Assembly: GCA_004431415.1 (NCBI GenBank)
Contig: QPMI01000428.1
Span: 434,001-498,000, forward strand
Source: Cyanophora paradoxa CCMP329
Taxonomy: Eukaryota > Plantae > Glaucophyta
Length of the DNA: 64,000 nt
Direction of reading: 5' to 3'
Positions 25,801 to 39,788 of the stretch are shown in pieces. The position numbers and the translations under genes were made by a program. A model generated the notes under the pieces. That model was not told where the DNA came from. It saw only the letters and a list, made by a program, of their open reading frames with translations, and searched no databases. How positions within the stretch are numbered: the first letter of the stretch is position 1; every line of letters starts with the position of its first letter.

Positions 25801-28800
25801 CGTCACAGGCGTCGACGCGTGCGGCAACGTCGTCAACTTTGACCAGTGCGCTCCCGCTCAAGAGCTCGAGTGCGAGATCTAGTGCTCACGCGAGGGTTTG
25901 ACCCGTTCCGTTCAGGGCGCCGAACAACGCGTACGAGTTTGCGTTCTCCGGAGGTTTCGCCAAGCTGCCGTTCTTCGCGGACTTCACGACCGCGGCGGGC
26001 GCAACCCCGCTCTGCTCGTACGTGCGCTACCAAGGCGTCATCGGGTGCTTCCGCGAACTTAAGGTGCGACATCCACATCCGTTGCAATGTTTGTGGTGTT
26101 GACTGCGTCGACGTCCGTCCGACGTGCAGATTTCCCGCGTCGTCGGCACAACTGGCGTCGTCACCATCTGTGCGCTCCTAATGTTTTGTTTTCCATTTGC
26201 GTCTGGAGAACGGGGGCCTGGCCTTACTGAGCGAATCTGCGCAGCCTACAAGCTCTTCGCAACCGGGGATGGAAAACTGAACCTCTTTGTTAACACGAGG
26301 CAGACCACCTTCATCGAGGGATCGCGCATCGCGTCCACCGACGAGCCGGTTGCAAAGGTATCCGTGTCCCGCATCCCGAAGGATCCGATCGAAATCGTCT
26401 CCGCAAGGTTCTCCGATGCGGTACGCCTGAACTCGGAATAGCTGTGCGCGACTGATCACGACTGACTCTGTTCCTGCGTTCACGTATACGTAGGGCAACA
26501 CTGTACTGTTCGAGCTGAGCGACAACTCGGACATGCTTCAGGTGCGGCTGTCCGGATATATTCACGGATAATGATCTGTAGTGCTAAGCGTTCGAATTCT
26601 TTGGCAGAGTTATATGGGCACTTCAGGCGCCTTGTTGGACTCGGCGAGAAATGTGCGCGCGAGCGCCATCTTTGAGAATGCCGAGACCCTGTTCGGTCCT
26701 GGTGCTCTTGCTCCTTCGTGATACTTTCCTATTGCTCCTTCGTGACACTTTGCTCGCAGCCTCCTACTGCTCGTTTGTCAGCCCAAGGGTAATGGAAGTC
26801 ACGATCGCCGGAGTGACCGAGCAGAACATCGGAAGCCTCGCCGGGCCTTCGACCAACGTGAGGATCGCGAGCGCTGGCGCCCCGATCTACAACGCGTGCG
26901 TTCTGTCGCCAATGCAAATCCGCGCCCCCGCCACTAAAATTCCTGCAGCATCGGCAACTCTGCGCGGATCCCGTCTTCGGCGCCCGCCAAACCCATTCTC
27001 GCTCCGAACAACCCGCCGACCCCCGTTGTCCAGCTCACGGGTGACACGTCGGTTGGAAAATGCGACCCCGCCGAGTACATTGCCAAGGTCGAAAGCGGCG
27101 GCTGCGGTCGGCCACTCGGCCTGACGTGGACTGTTACCAAAGATGGGACCGCTATGACCCCAGGTTCGTGCACATAATATACTCGAGTGGAATCTCGTGT
27201 GGGATTCTGCATTTCTAGCCGCCTCTTACCTGGCCTATTGAGCAGGCGCTAGTTCATACCAAGAATCGGGAACGGCTCTCCGCATTCTTGCGAGCAATGC
27301 GGGCACGTACACGGTGGCCGTGACTGGTAAGAATTTCCTGCAGGAGGCCAGCACGCAGCAGACGATTACGGTGAGCCCGCATTTGCTTGCAATGTCATTC
27401 CAAAGAGTGCATGCGTGCGCCTCTAATTCTTGCCTTCAGCTTGTAAAAACCGAAACGGCGATTCCGAGGGTCGTGATCGCGGAAGGCGCGAGGCTGGAGT
27501 CTGCGAAGACCACAGACACGACCCTCACCGCCCGTGCCACGTTCAGCTCTTGCCCCACTGGCTCGAGCTCGAGTGCGCGCCCTCCCCGGTCCCGTCCCAC
27601 GGCCTTTTTTACTGGGGGATTCTCACGCCTTCTCCCAGGCGAACCCGCGATGGAGTTCAAGTGGTTCGTTGGAGGGGAACAGACCGCGGTGACCTCTTCG
27701 TCCTTCACGATCGGGCCGACTGGAGTATCGCTGGCGGTACGCTTGTCGAATAACAGCTTGCAATCGATTCCATCCGCTCATATTAGCCCGCCCCGCAGCC
27801 TCGCGACGCGCCGTACGAAATCAAGGTGGAGGGCACCGTCAAGGGGACGGATCTCAAGAACTCGTTCACCACGATGCTCACCGTGAAGGCAGCAAGGCTT
27901 GTGGCGGACGTCAAGGCGTTTGCCGAGTCGGGCGGCGTCCTGCAGCAGACGAGCACCATCGGCATCGACACCAACATCGAGCTCAACGCGACGGCGTCCT
28001 TCGACCCCGATAACTTTGATCCCAAGAATCCAAACCCCGCTTTCGACACGATGCTCTCGTGCAAGTGGACGATCGCGGCGAGCTCCCCGGCGAACGGTCT
28101 TGCGAAGGACGCCAACGGCTTCATTGCCGCCGGCTCGGGCGTATCCATTCCCAGCGACAAGAATGGATGCGTCCTGAAGATCGCAGCTGAAACCCTGAAG
28201 CCGGACAAGACGTCTCCACGAATGCCGTAAGCGAATTGGTACAAATAAAGAGTCTGGTTTCTCATTTCTCACTCCATTGAGCAGGTTTGTCTTCACGGTT
28301 CAAGTCACTCGCAGCGACACCCTCAACCGCGCCGCGGCTACGGCCTCCATCCCGGTCGTCGTTTCAGAGTTCGCCCCGCCTGCAGTCTCCATTGTGGTAC
28401 GAGGCGCCCGCTTTCGTAACCCCGCTCACGCCATTGACGCGTTACCGCCATCGCGAACCAACAGATTGACGGCTCGCGCACCGTGAACGCGTTCCGCGAG
28501 CTGAAGCTGACCGGCGCCATCGAGGCCCCCAGGGACATCGACGCGGACGACTTCAAGAGAAATGGAGAGACAAAGTACAAGCTGCAGTACCTGTGGACCG
28601 TGCAGAGCGCGAGCACGCTGGACCTTCAGGACAAGAACATCACGGAGAGCAGCACGGGACCGTCCCTCGTCCTGAAAAGGAATGTCCTCCGCCCGGGGCA
28701 GACCTACACGTTCGCCCTCTCGGTCACGCTCGAGAAGGACGGAAAGATCCGCACCGCATCAGCGGAAACCACGCTGGAAGTTAACCGGGTGCGCTGCGTT

Positions 28801-31800
28801 GCCGACGTCAACGTGCATGCACATGCGCCGAGACGTCTCTGATCACAGTCGCGCAGCCACCCGCGTCGGGCAGCTGCAAGCTGCTGCAGCTTGTCGGTGG
28901 CAGCCTGCAGAGCGTCACGTCCGCCAAGGCCCTCACGGAGGAGTACCGCCTCTCGTGCAGCGACTGGGTCACGAACAGCCCGCCCCTTCAGTACGCCTTC
29001 GAGGTCGAGGATGATACCGGAAAGAAGAGCACCCTCCGCGGCTACTCGTCTGACAGTACCCTTCCGAAGGTCAAGGCCTTCCCTGTGAGGGGTGCGCCCG
29101 GCCCGTCCCTTTAAATTTACAACCGCATACGTATTCTATGGCGCGCGTCCGCTCACGCGAGCGCCTCTCTCGCGGGCCGCAGGTTCCCTGAAATTCCGCG
29201 GGTACATCCGCGACGCGACGGGCGCCTTCACCGTCTTCAACGACCTTGCGCCCGTGCCGGTCGAGGACCCGACAATCGGCAAGTCGGCGTCGCAGGTGGC
29301 ACAGCTGATCAAGGACAACACGGACGCCGCGACGAGCACGTGCATCCGCGCCCAAGATTACGTCTGCGCGTTTGGCAGCATTCTTACGGCCACCAACTCG
29401 GCCCAGCAGCAGGCAGCCATCAACGCGCGGAGGCGCAAGGCTCTTGAGACCTTCACGAGCGTTCCTGCGCGCCGCCGCCTCAGCGCCGTGGACCCTGCGC
29501 TTCTCCAGATCCAGATCGACGCGCTCCGCAGCGCGACGCAGGCCGTCGAGGGCGCGGCGTACAGCCGCACGACCGTCAGCGCCGCCGCGTCTCAGTACGC
29601 GACGGTCCTTGGCGCCGGCTTCGCTGCTGAGTACAGCGCATCCATCATCCACGACGCCCTCGCCCTCGCAGGCAACCTGACTTCCCGCTACGTGCGAGAC
29701 TGCAGCTCGTACACGCCGGACACGGATGCCGTCATCGAGAACCTCGTCCGGGGCTCGCTCAACGTGTTCAGCAACGATGCCGGCGTCAACCGCACCCTCG
29801 CCTCGTCGCTCTCGCTCCGGCACCTCCTCGCGCAGCTTGGCCGCCGCAGCCTCGAGTGCGGCACCTGCGCGTCAACGCTCAGTAACTCGCCCTCGCCCGT
29901 CGCGGCGTACGCCGCGCCTACTGCCTCCCGCAAGGACGCCGAGCTCCTCCCGCTGCAGCTCTGCGTCTCCCGCACCGTTGCCTACCCGCCGCAGACGGTC
30001 GCCTTTGCCGGCTTCGACTCCCGCGTCGTCCTCCCGTCCAGCTTCGCGCTCAGCGTCCTCGGCAACGCGACGACCGACCGGACCCTGGACCTCGTTGCCC
30101 TGCGCCTCCCCGCCGCCCTGTACAGCGCCAGCGAGCGCTTCGCATCCGACGTCGTCCAGATCTCCGTGTTCAAGGCCGGCTGCGGCGCCAGCTGCGAGAG
30201 CCTTCCGATCGCCGGCCTCCCGGAGCCCGTCACCTTTGCCGGGCTCGTACCGGCCTCGGCCGCCTTCGACTTCATGTCCGAGCGAAGTGAGTGGCCGAGG
30301 GGGCGCCGGCGCCCTCGCTTTTCGCGCTCCGTTGTTAACGATATGTGTCTCGCAGTTTCGCTTTCGCGCTTCAACGTGTCGGCTTCCACGTGGACGGAGA
30401 CCACCCCTGGCGCCATTGCCGTTCGCGGCGTGGACATGCGCTACGCGTCGGCCGAGGCGAACGTGGTCCCGGCGAGTGCGACCGCCGTTCTCCACGACAT
30501 CGCCCACGTCGTCCGCTCGCGGCCCGAGTCGCGCAACGTCACCTCGCGCGCGACGCTCGGAATCGCGTTCGTTTTCTACCCCGGCCAGGGCAACACGACG
30601 GCCGCGTCCATCTTCGCGAACAGCTCGGCGTCGGACCCGGCCGGCCTCGTCGCGGCCATCGCGGCCCGCATCCGGGCCCGCGCGGCCGCCCTTGGCTCGG
30701 CGGCCTCCCAGGTCGCCGGCTTCGACCAGGACATGCAGCTCGCCGTGGAGACGGGGGCCATCTCCCCTTCGGCCGCCGGGGCGGTCGAGGGCCTCCAGAT
30801 CACCTTCTCGTGCGCAACGGTTCTTCCTTCGAAGCTTCCGGCTTGGTGAGGCTGACGACCCGATTTCGCGTCTCAGGTTCTTCGGGGTGGCGAATCCGGC
30901 CGCCGGGACGAGCCGGCCGTCGTCCGTTCCGCTCCGCGACTTTGTCTACGCTGACGCGCTCATCAACGGCCTCGACCTCTCTGCCATTGACCCGCTTCTC
31001 GTGGGCGGCGTCCCGCGCGCCCTCAACGGCCAGCGCATCACCTCGGTGCGCGACGCGTGATGCGTGATGCGTGATGCCGGTGAAGTGGCGACCCGTACTC
31101 ACCACCCACTTTCGCAGCCGGGCGTGCCCGGCATCGGCGGCTTCCGCAACACCGCCGGCAGCGCGCTCTCCGTTGTTCTCTCGTTCCCGGCGCAGGCGGT
31201 CACGCTCGCGACGTTCCGGACTCTGTATCCCGTGTCGGCCTCCGTGTTCGGCAACCCGCGGCTTGTCCGCTCGGTGCTCGGCGCGCTCCGGGGCGCAGTG
31301 AACGGCACCTCGTTCTCTGCCGATCTCGCCAAAGTCATCGACATTCAGGTGCTTTATCTTCCTGCAAATTTAATGTAAGACGTCGACGGCCCGTAACGCT
31401 CGATATATCGATCTCAGATGGCCTACGTCGGCGCCGAGGCGGGCTCCGTCGTTCTGTCCTTCAACGCCTTCGGCGCGCTGCTGGCCAGCCCCGCCGCCAA
31501 CGGCGGCTTCGAAGTTGCGGCGACGGCGACCGGGCCGGAAGCGATCGCCCGGGCGCTCGTCTACGCTTCTTTGACGGGCGGCCTCACCCTCCCGCTCGCC
31601 GACGGCTCTCGCCTCACGGGAGGCACCGTCCGCTCCATCGGCGGCAGCTTCGCCGGCGTCGCGCCGTACGTTGCGGCGGTCGCGGCGGAGCTGAGGCGCG
31701 CGGCGCCGGCCGTCTCTGCCAACGCCTCGCGCCTGAACTTCACGATCCGCGTGGAGAACGGCGCCGGCTCGTTCGCGGCGTGGCTCACTGACAACTACGA

Positions 31801-32488
31801 CGCGCTGGACGCCGCCACTCGGGACGACTACTGGGCGCTGTCCCTCTTCAACTTCCTGCGCCAGATCGACCCGTCCGTCAACGTCAACGGCGTCCTCTTC
31901 CCCGGCCGCGCGGCCTTCGCCGACGGCGTCAGCAACGGCACGCGCCGGCACGCCCTGCAGCTCACGGTCAGCCCGTCCGTCGACATCACGGGCATCTATC
32001 TTGGCTCCTCGCCCATCCTCGGCTCTGGCTCGGGCTTTTCGCGCAACAGTCCGTGTCCTTGCTTCGTTCCCCGTCCGCGCTGCTGCGATCTCCTGACAAG
32101 CCCTCGCGCAGGCACGTTCTGCGGGACGGCGTACACCGTCTCGCTCCCGAGCGGCACTGCGACCGCCAGGCCGCAGTGCACGCAAACGGACGTCAAGGCA
32201 CAGGTGCCAGGCACCGGCGGCCCGATCAGCCAAGGGCAGACCTCGTCGCCCGCGTCGTCGGGCCTCTCGGGCGGGCAGATCGCCGGCATCGCCGTGGGCA
32301 TCATTGTTGGTGTCGTCGCGGTCATCGCCATCGCAGCGTTCGTGTTCATGCGCAAGAACCGCGGAGATGCCATGGATCTCCCGCGGCCTGTGCAGTCCGC
32401 CGCCTACGTCGTGGACGCCAACGGCGTCGCGGAACCGGTCCGCGCTGCGGAGCCGGCCGCGCCTCACACCCAATTCATTCTGGTGTAA
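16814..32488 (+). CDS. Giant type-I membrane protein: signal peptide, Cys-rich head, (TETP)n mucin stalk, SP repeats, FN3/Ig-filamin-like repeats, PKD/REJ module, TM and short tail
   Basis: Signal-like [19 protein letters not shown]; Cys-rich exons at 16814-17610; TETP array; PSPSPS; repeated beta-sandwich units ([31 protein letters not shown]); REJ-like [11 protein letters not shown] and YLWTVQS...[22 protein letters not shown]...[10 protein letters not shown]|PPASGSC...[17 protein letters not shown]; [29 protein letters not shown] followed by RKNR; stop at 32486-32488. Joining the 5' exons to the repeat is inferred. Confidence 0.8.
17925..22615 (+). repeat. Coding tandem array with a 36-bp unit ACGGAGACTCCC-ACGGAGACGCCG-ACGGAAACCCCG (3 x TETP), roughly 130 units
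   Basis: Directly visible and nearly invariant; scattered single-C deletions in CCC/CCCC runs shift the frame. Confidence 0.98.
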
Positions 32489-33978
32489 AATAATGATGAG
32501 ACAGTCGTATTTGATTCGTTCCAACACTCCTATTTTCCGCTATTTTTCACTTTATTGCAGCAGTATAACATAGCAGAGTTCTTTTTGTAAGTAGCAAGTC
32601 AGAGCTTTTCATCGATCGATATCATGAGTTAACGTTTGACGTGGCCATATACTGTATTGTCGCAAAAGTTTCGCGGTACCGGTTTATTTATATCACAGCA
32701 TTTCGGAAGTCCTCATCAACGTATTCGTGAAATGAATATTGCGTAGGCGTCTGGTAGCCTCTGCTCCTCTGCAGAGCGTGTTGCAGGCGCTCGCACCCAA
32801 GTAGATTCGCTTTCAATAGCGTTTTCCGATTTCGACCGACAGCGGACGATTTCGAGTGAATAAATTATAACCTTAGACCTTTCGGATTTCGACACGCAAA
32901 AGTATATTCACCTGTTGCCAGCAAGTTGCCTCGAGCTCGTTAGGACGCTTTGCCGGAGAAGTTATAGAGAAAGAAGGAGCGGTAGAAGAATAAATGAAGA
33001 GGCCGCGGGCGGCCATGTTGTTGTTGCAATTGCAATATGGTATTATCAAGAAGAATATCCGGATCCGGATCCCCCGGGCCCCGTACATAAACGTGCACGC
33101 GCATACACCTGCTCCTAATAATAATATATATATAGTAAATTCGTGCCGCAGCGCGCGGGCTGGGCCTCGCCCCCGGCCAGCCACTGTCTAGATTTGGGGC
33201 CCGGGGCGAGCCTCGGAGCTGACGCCTCGGCCCTGCGCCGGCTATGCGGAGGGCCCGGCGCTATTTGCTGCGCTGCCCGTACGCGTGTCCCCTCCCGCCG
33301 CCGCCCTCGCCGAGCCTCGGAGTCGCCTGCCCGCGCGCCAGTCTGGTGCGCCGGTGCGCACTGCGGCATGCCGCCGCCCGCCTCGCCATCCCGCCCGCCT
33401 CGCCCGGCCGCCTGACTCGCCTCTCTGCCCTCCGCCCCCCCCTAGTACCCTGCAACGTGGCCTAGTAACCAATTTTATTTATGCCCGTAGGCCTTAAATC
33501 AATCAATGCGTGCGCTTTAATTCGACCGCGGCCGGGCGCCGCGCGCGCTGCACTGCGGCAGCTACTAGGCTAGCGCTGCAGCTGGCCTGGATATCGATCG
33601 CGCGCGAGCATGCCGCGCAAGCCGCCGCGCAAGCGCCGCGCCCGATATCGGCTCCGCGGCTAGCGCTAGCTATATAGCGCTCCAGATGCAGCGGCGCCCG
33701 GCGCGCGCCGCGGCGCGCGCGCGCGCGAGCTCGAGCAGCTACAGCCGCGCCCGCTGGTTCTAGATCTGCGAGGCGGGCCGGGGCGCCGCGCCGGCACTCT
33801 AGATCTAGATTTAATTTCGCCGAGTCGGATCGATGTTGGTTCTCCGCGGGTAAACCGGTACCCCGCGACTTTTGCGATTCATCAGTGCGGACTGAGGCAG
33901 CAGCGGCAGCTGAACTTCGGAATCAGCATCCGCATGAGGTTTTAGCTCTAGTTAGGAACGGCCAGCCGTGCGCTGGGA

Positions 33979-36582
33979 ATGAGCGACAAGTACCGCGATG
34001 GCGCTGGCCAAATGCATGGCCCCGCGAAGGCCGCGGGTTGCGGGCTTCTGTTCGAAGCAGCCGGCTACGTTGCGATCGGCGTCTGCATGTTCCTGCTGGT
34101 CTGGGGCGCCACGCACGCGACGAGGCCACGCTGCTGCCCCGAGGGCGCCATCGCCTCCAACGCGTGGCTCAAGGTACGCACCCGCGACGCGCAGGCGAAC
34201 GGCCCCGCTTTGCTGCGTGCACATGAAGATTTCGGACTCGCCCGACGCGTCCCCCGCGCGCAGACCTTCCGGAGGCCAGCGAACGTGACGGGCGCCATCA
34301 CGCGGCAGTTCTCCGCCCTCTCGAACTGGACGGCGCTGAGCGCGCCGCTGCGGCGCGCGCGCTGCGGGCGGCCGCGGGAGCCGCCGTGCTCGCGGCCGAA
34401 TCCCGTGCCGAGCATGCGGCAGCTCCCGGCGCCGGCGTTCGACGAGTCTGATCCGCTCCTTTGGAACAAGACCCTCGCGCAGGCGCGCAGACTCCCCCGC
34501 CTCGCACGTGCACGGCCCCGACAACTTTGGCCTCACAGCCCCCGACCCGCCAGGTGAAGCCGGGGACCTTCTGCCCCGGGGCGGACCTGCAGCAGCTGCC
34601 CGACGTGAAGGACCTGCGGCAGTGCGTCGAGGCCTGCGTCCGCAACAACTTATGCGCCCTCGCCGCCCTTCGCAAGAAGGCTCGCGCCCCCCGCCCCCCC
34701 GGCCCGCGCCGCATCCCCGCCCCCGGCTTAAGCTTGAACCCCCTTTCGCAGGGCGGGTGCCACCTGAAGCGGCTCGGGGTACACTGCATGGACGCCCCTT
34801 GGGACGAGGCCTGGTACAAGCCGGGGGTACAGGAGTTCCAGGCGACTCTGCCCAAGCGGGATCCGTTCAAGGGCGCGCGCCGCCCGGTCGGGCGTACCCC
34901 CCTTGCCGCTCTTAAGCTCACGGCCCCGCAGCGCGCGTGGGCGGCAAGATGGCCGTCGTCGTACCCCTCCGAGACAGGAAGGTGCTTCGAATTCAATTCG
35001 AATTCGGGGATCCCGGCCCGCTCCCGGGTCGTGATCGTTCCCGTGCAGCTGCAGGAGGTGCCGTTCGTGCAAATGGTCCCGGAGCTCCTTAGGGCGCAGT
35101 ACCCCTCCCCCGATTCCTTCACGGTCTTCTTCGTCGAGGCTCGTTCAACCCCCCCACCCACCCCTCCCCCCCCTCACCCCCACCCCACCCGCAGCAAGAG
35201 GAGGGGTACCGCTTTAACCGGGGGGCCCTGATCGACGCGGGGGCGGCCCTCGTCCTCGCCTCCGACTTTGACTGGATCTGCGTCCACGCGCGCCCTGCCC
35301 CACCCCGCCCCGCCCCGCCCGCCTGCCGCCGCCCGCCCTGACAGACTGACGCGTCTGGCCTGGCAGGACGTGGACACGCTCCCGAAGACAAAGAAATGGC
35401 TCTACGACCAGTACGACGACAGAGTGACGCACGTCACCCCCAGCGCGTCCCCCCACGCCCTCCCCCGCCCCGCCCCGCCCCGCCCCGCCTCGGCCCCTGA
35501 CGCCCCACGGCAGATTGGGCGCACCCAGTGTACTCAGTGTTCCCGATCTACTTCGGGGGTAACGTAATCTTCCCGGCGAACGTTCTCCGCGAGATCGACG
35601 GCTTCCCCGTCGACCTCTGGGGCTGGGGCCAAGAGGACGACGGTGAGTGAGAGAACTTTTCGCCGCCCTTCTTCACACCCCCCCCCCCCCCCCCCCCCTC
35701 CCCCATCCCCCATCCCGTTTTCTCTTCTTACCCGAGCAGCGGCGAGGTGGCGCCTCGTCCAGCGGGGCCTGTGGCCCGCCGAGGAGCCCTACTTGGAATC
35801 CCTGGACGGTTTCGACACCAAGAGGCTCCACAAAGAGTTGTTTACCCACTCCAACGACGGTGTGTTTCATGAATGTAAACCGCGGCCATGTACCCCACTG
35901 ACCATACACGCGCAGGGCACGGGGCGCGGCTGAAGCGGCCCTTCTGGGCGAGGCCTCCGTACCCCTACGGCGGCTTCCAAGAGCTCTCCTACTGGACCCT
36001 GGCCGCCGCCGCCGAGCACAACGGCACCGTCCTGCGCTTCACGACGCACGTCTTCTGCGACCCGCGCCGCGTGCCGTGGTGCCTCCAGCCCCCGCCCCCT
36101 CCCACCCCGGCCCCCACTCCCACCCCCACTACTACCCCGACCCCGCCCGCGGCCGCGGCCGCCAAGACCGCCGCCGCTACTTCCCCTCACTCCCCCTCCG
36201 CGCCCGCCTCCGCCGCCCTCCGCGCCCCGGCCCCCACTCCCCCTCCTGCCACCCCAGCCACCCAGGCCCCCACCACTCCCACCCCGACCCCCGCGCCCGC
36301 CTCCGCCTCCGCCTCCGGCTCCGCCGTCGCCCGTCCGAAGGCCCAAAGATAGAGGCCGCCCCTTACGCTCCCGCGCCGGCTCTGCTGCCCCCCTTCCCCC
36401 CCCCCCCCCCCCCCACCCCCCCCCCGCCTCCAACCCTCCCACCGCGGCCCCGCTGCCCCCCACTCCCACCCCGACCCCGCCCGCGGCCGCGGCCGCGGCC
36501 GCCAAGACCGCCGCCGGCGCCGCTACTTTGTCTGCGCACACTTGACGCCGGATTATTGCGTTATTTCTTTTTCGGCTTTTAA
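33979..36582 (+). CDS. GT7-family (beta-1,4-galactosyltransferase-like) type-II membrane glycosyltransferase with PAN/apple domain and Pro/Thr-rich C-terminal tail
   Basis: N-terminal TM YVAIGVCMFLLVWGA; PAN-like FCPGADLQQLPDVKDLRQCVEACVRNNLC...GGCHLK; GT7 motifs KMAVVVPLRDR, FFVE|QEEGYRFNRGALIDAG, WICVH|DVDTLP, YFGGNV, IDGFPVDLWGWGQEDD. Stop is at 36352 or 36582, depending on homopolymer frameshifts. Confidence 0.88.
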
Positions 36583-37254
36583 GTTGATTCAATGTTATTT
36601 ATAGTGTTAGTGGTCCTGCACGTGCAGTTGAGCTGTCGAGTTGCGCCACCTGCTTTTTTTCTTTTCAATCGAAATCGTCCGACGGTCGACGTCCGTGAAC
36701 CTGTACATGCACGTTCTGTATGCCGTGATTCGTATACGTAGCTATAACTGCAGCCTCGCAGCTCCATGGCTGTTAACTTATAATTACACTAAACTGCGTT
36801 CTCATATGCATGCGCATGCCGTGTTTCTCATCCCGTGTTTTCTCATGACTTCGTACTCTGCAGAACAAGCATATATATAAGGCGTATTCTTATCATAGTA
36901 TCATTCTGAATCCTGTATTCTGCATTCTGCATTCGAATCTGCATTCTGAATAATCTGTAGCAGTCTAACTTTTGTCATAACTTCGTATTTGAAAGACAAG
37001 GCGGCAAAACTCGCCGCCGTGCAAAAAAGAATCATCTGGTCTCGCAAGACAGGCGGAAGGCTAGACGGGAATATCGATCCACAAAAATAGACGGGAATAT
37101 CGATCCACGAGAGGGGGGGAAAGAACTTTCATTGACTGGGAAAACCGACGGATAGCTCTTGTGTTACAATAATCGATGTTCGAATAGCTCCGATTCTGTA
37201 CGAATAGCTATAGCTAGAGTCATAAATGAAACGAAACATAAATGTTTAGGCAAG

Positions 37255-39570
37255 TCAGCGCCAGCCTTTGAGCCAGACGCGGGCCTCATACTGGGCCTTG
37301 GTGAGGGGCAGGGCGTAGACGAAGGGCGCCCAGTACACGTAGGCGGCGACGACGAGGGCGAGGAGGGCGGCGGCGACGGCCGCGAGGAGGCGGGGGCGGC
37401 CCCCGAAGAGCCGCTCGAGCAGCACCGCGCTCATGTACACGGCGCAGAGGAGCGCCGGGAAGTAGTGATAGAGGAACGTGCACCGCTTGATCGGCACGTA
37501 GCTGCAGGCGCGCGTCAGCTTCGGCGAGGGCGCGCGCGGGGCGCGCGTGCGGGGCGGGGCGGGCGGACGGGAGGAGGTTGAGGAGCCACTCCATTAAGAG
37601 GAAGGCGGTGAGGGAGAGGTAGCGCTGCGAGGCCGCCGAGAAGGGCACCTCGAAAAGCAGCATCGCCCCGCCCACCACCAGCGAGATCGCTGACTTTTGG
37701 CCTCAGCGCCGGGCCCCGCGGCGGGGCGGAGCGGGGGCGGTAGATCTAGAGCGGAGCGGACGCACCGACGAGGATTGAGGTGCCCCACCAGACGGCGGGG
37801 TTGCCGAGGAGGTAGATGCGAGCGAAGAGCTCTTCGCCCGTCTTCGGGTGCTTCCGGGGCGGGCTCGACTGCTCCTGCCAGTAGTAGATGCCACGCTTGT
37901 TCAGCGGCCACGACCACCACTCGGACTGCCACGTGTGCGGCGTCTTGTTGCCCGAGCTCGTCGCGTACATCGTCCGCGTCATCTCCCACGCCTTCTGCAG
38001 GAAGGTGATCGGCTTCGCGGCCGCCCGCTCTTCCGGCGTAAGGCTCCCCTGCCGCCGCGCGCCCCGCCCCGTCAGGGGACAGGAAGGCCGCGGCCTGGCG
38101 GGGCGGGGCGAGGCGGGGCGGGACGGGCCTCGAGGGTGGCGCGGAAGGCAGGAGTCATGAACTTGTCCCCGGGGCCCGAGAGCGGCAGCATGCGGAAGTG
38201 GAGCCACTGCGCCGGCGTCAGGCAGCGGCGACGCGGGGCGGGCGGCGGGGCGGCCGGGCGGGGCGCGCCTGGAAGTAGACGTAGACGAGGACGGGAACGG
38301 CGGCGAGGAAGAGAGCGCGCGTGAGGAGGTCCCCGAAAAGTCGCAGGAGGGAGCCCCGTCCGCGCTTGGCCCGCAGGTTGTACAGCGTCTGCACGGCGGC
38401 GGCTAGGCATTGGAACCGCACTCGGACTCTATCTGGGCCGGCACTAGCTAGCCAGCTAGCTTTAGGCATCTGAAGCTCACCGCGACGACGTGGTGGACCC
38501 CGATGGCGCCCACGGCGGCGAGGGCGGTCCACTTGACGCTCGCCGCGAGGCCTGCCGAGACGCCCGTCGCGACCAGCCAGAAGTAGTAGCCCCGCGAGAA
38601 GAGGCGCCTGTCGTCCTGCGTGTAGCTGTGCAGGCTGCGCCGGCGGGCGCCTCAGCGGCCAGCGAGGGCGGGGCGCGCGGGGCGCACCAGAACGAGCAGA
38701 GCATGGCGAGCGTGATGAAGAAGAACAGGAAGCTGTCGATGAGGATGAGGCGGGACTGGACGAGCAGCGCCGTGTCGAACACGATCATGCACGCCGCCAG
38801 GAACGACGCCGTCAGGGACGCGCCCAGCTGCCTCGCCGTGAAGAACACCAGCGGGCACGTCAGCGCGCTCGCGCTGCCGCGCGGGAGGCGGGTCAGGCTT
38901 TCAAGCAGGCCTAGGGGAGAGCCGCGACCGCATGCGCACAATGCGGGCGCCCCGCGGAGGAGCATGTACGGGACGTGTTGCCCGTCCGCGTACTTGCCTC
39001 TGATGCTCTTGAACTCGAAGTCCCCCCGGTACTCCTTGCTGAAGCCCGCGGCCCACGCCAGAATCATCTTTCCCAGCGGCTGCGGGCGTGCGTTCGACGG
39101 CGCGGACCTCGCTCGGCCCGACCTCCCTCGCGCACCGGATGGATGTCGAAGAAGAACTTGCCCGTGAGATAGCCGTTCGCGAACTTGCCGAAGTGCACCT
39201 GCAGGCCCCGCGCGCGGCGTGAGATGCCGAATGCGGCCGGAAGCGGCGCGCCGACGGCGTGACGGGCCTCGTCGAAGACGACCTCCGGCGGGTTCGAGAG
39301 CATCCAGAAGCGGGTCGCGAACGCGAGGATGCAGATGATGAGGACGAGTCCGAGCGAGTTGTCCTTCGAGCTCGCCCACGTCTGGTCCCACGTCGCGACC
39401 AGCAGCGGGCCCGCCTGCTTCTTCGTGTCCTCCGCGTCCTCTAGCTCCGCGTCGATAGCGCGGGAAGCCGCGTCCGACGGCCTCGACACCACCGGCTCCT
39501 GCTTCCGCCGGCGAACCTCGGAAGTCGCGATATGCGAGCAACGCGGGCACGCCGCTGCATGCCCTGCCAT
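37255..39570 (-). CDS. Dolichyl-phosphate-mannose:protein O-mannosyltransferase (PMT/GT39), copy A, lacking MIR domains
   Basis: VVFDE|VHFGKFANGYLTGKFFFDIHP|PLGKM, QSRLILIDSFL, SVKWT, HFRMLPLSGPGDKFM, HTWQSEWWSWPL, IYLLGNPAVWW, FLYHYFPAL; ends RVWLKGWR*. Confidence 0.93.
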
Positions 39571-39788
39571 ATCCGCTAACCAGACGAACACTCTTGGCTA
39601 GCAACGTGCATATGCGGTATGCGCGCTCGCTCGCTCTTGAATGCTCAAGCCCAAGCGGGCCAAGCCCCGCTCAAGCTTGGCCGGCTCAAGCTTGGCCGAC
39701 TAGGGCTCGAAGGGGGGGTATTCAAGTCCAAGCGATCAGCGATGCCCCGCCGGCGCCATCCAATGATCGCGGTCCGCGGCCGCCTACC

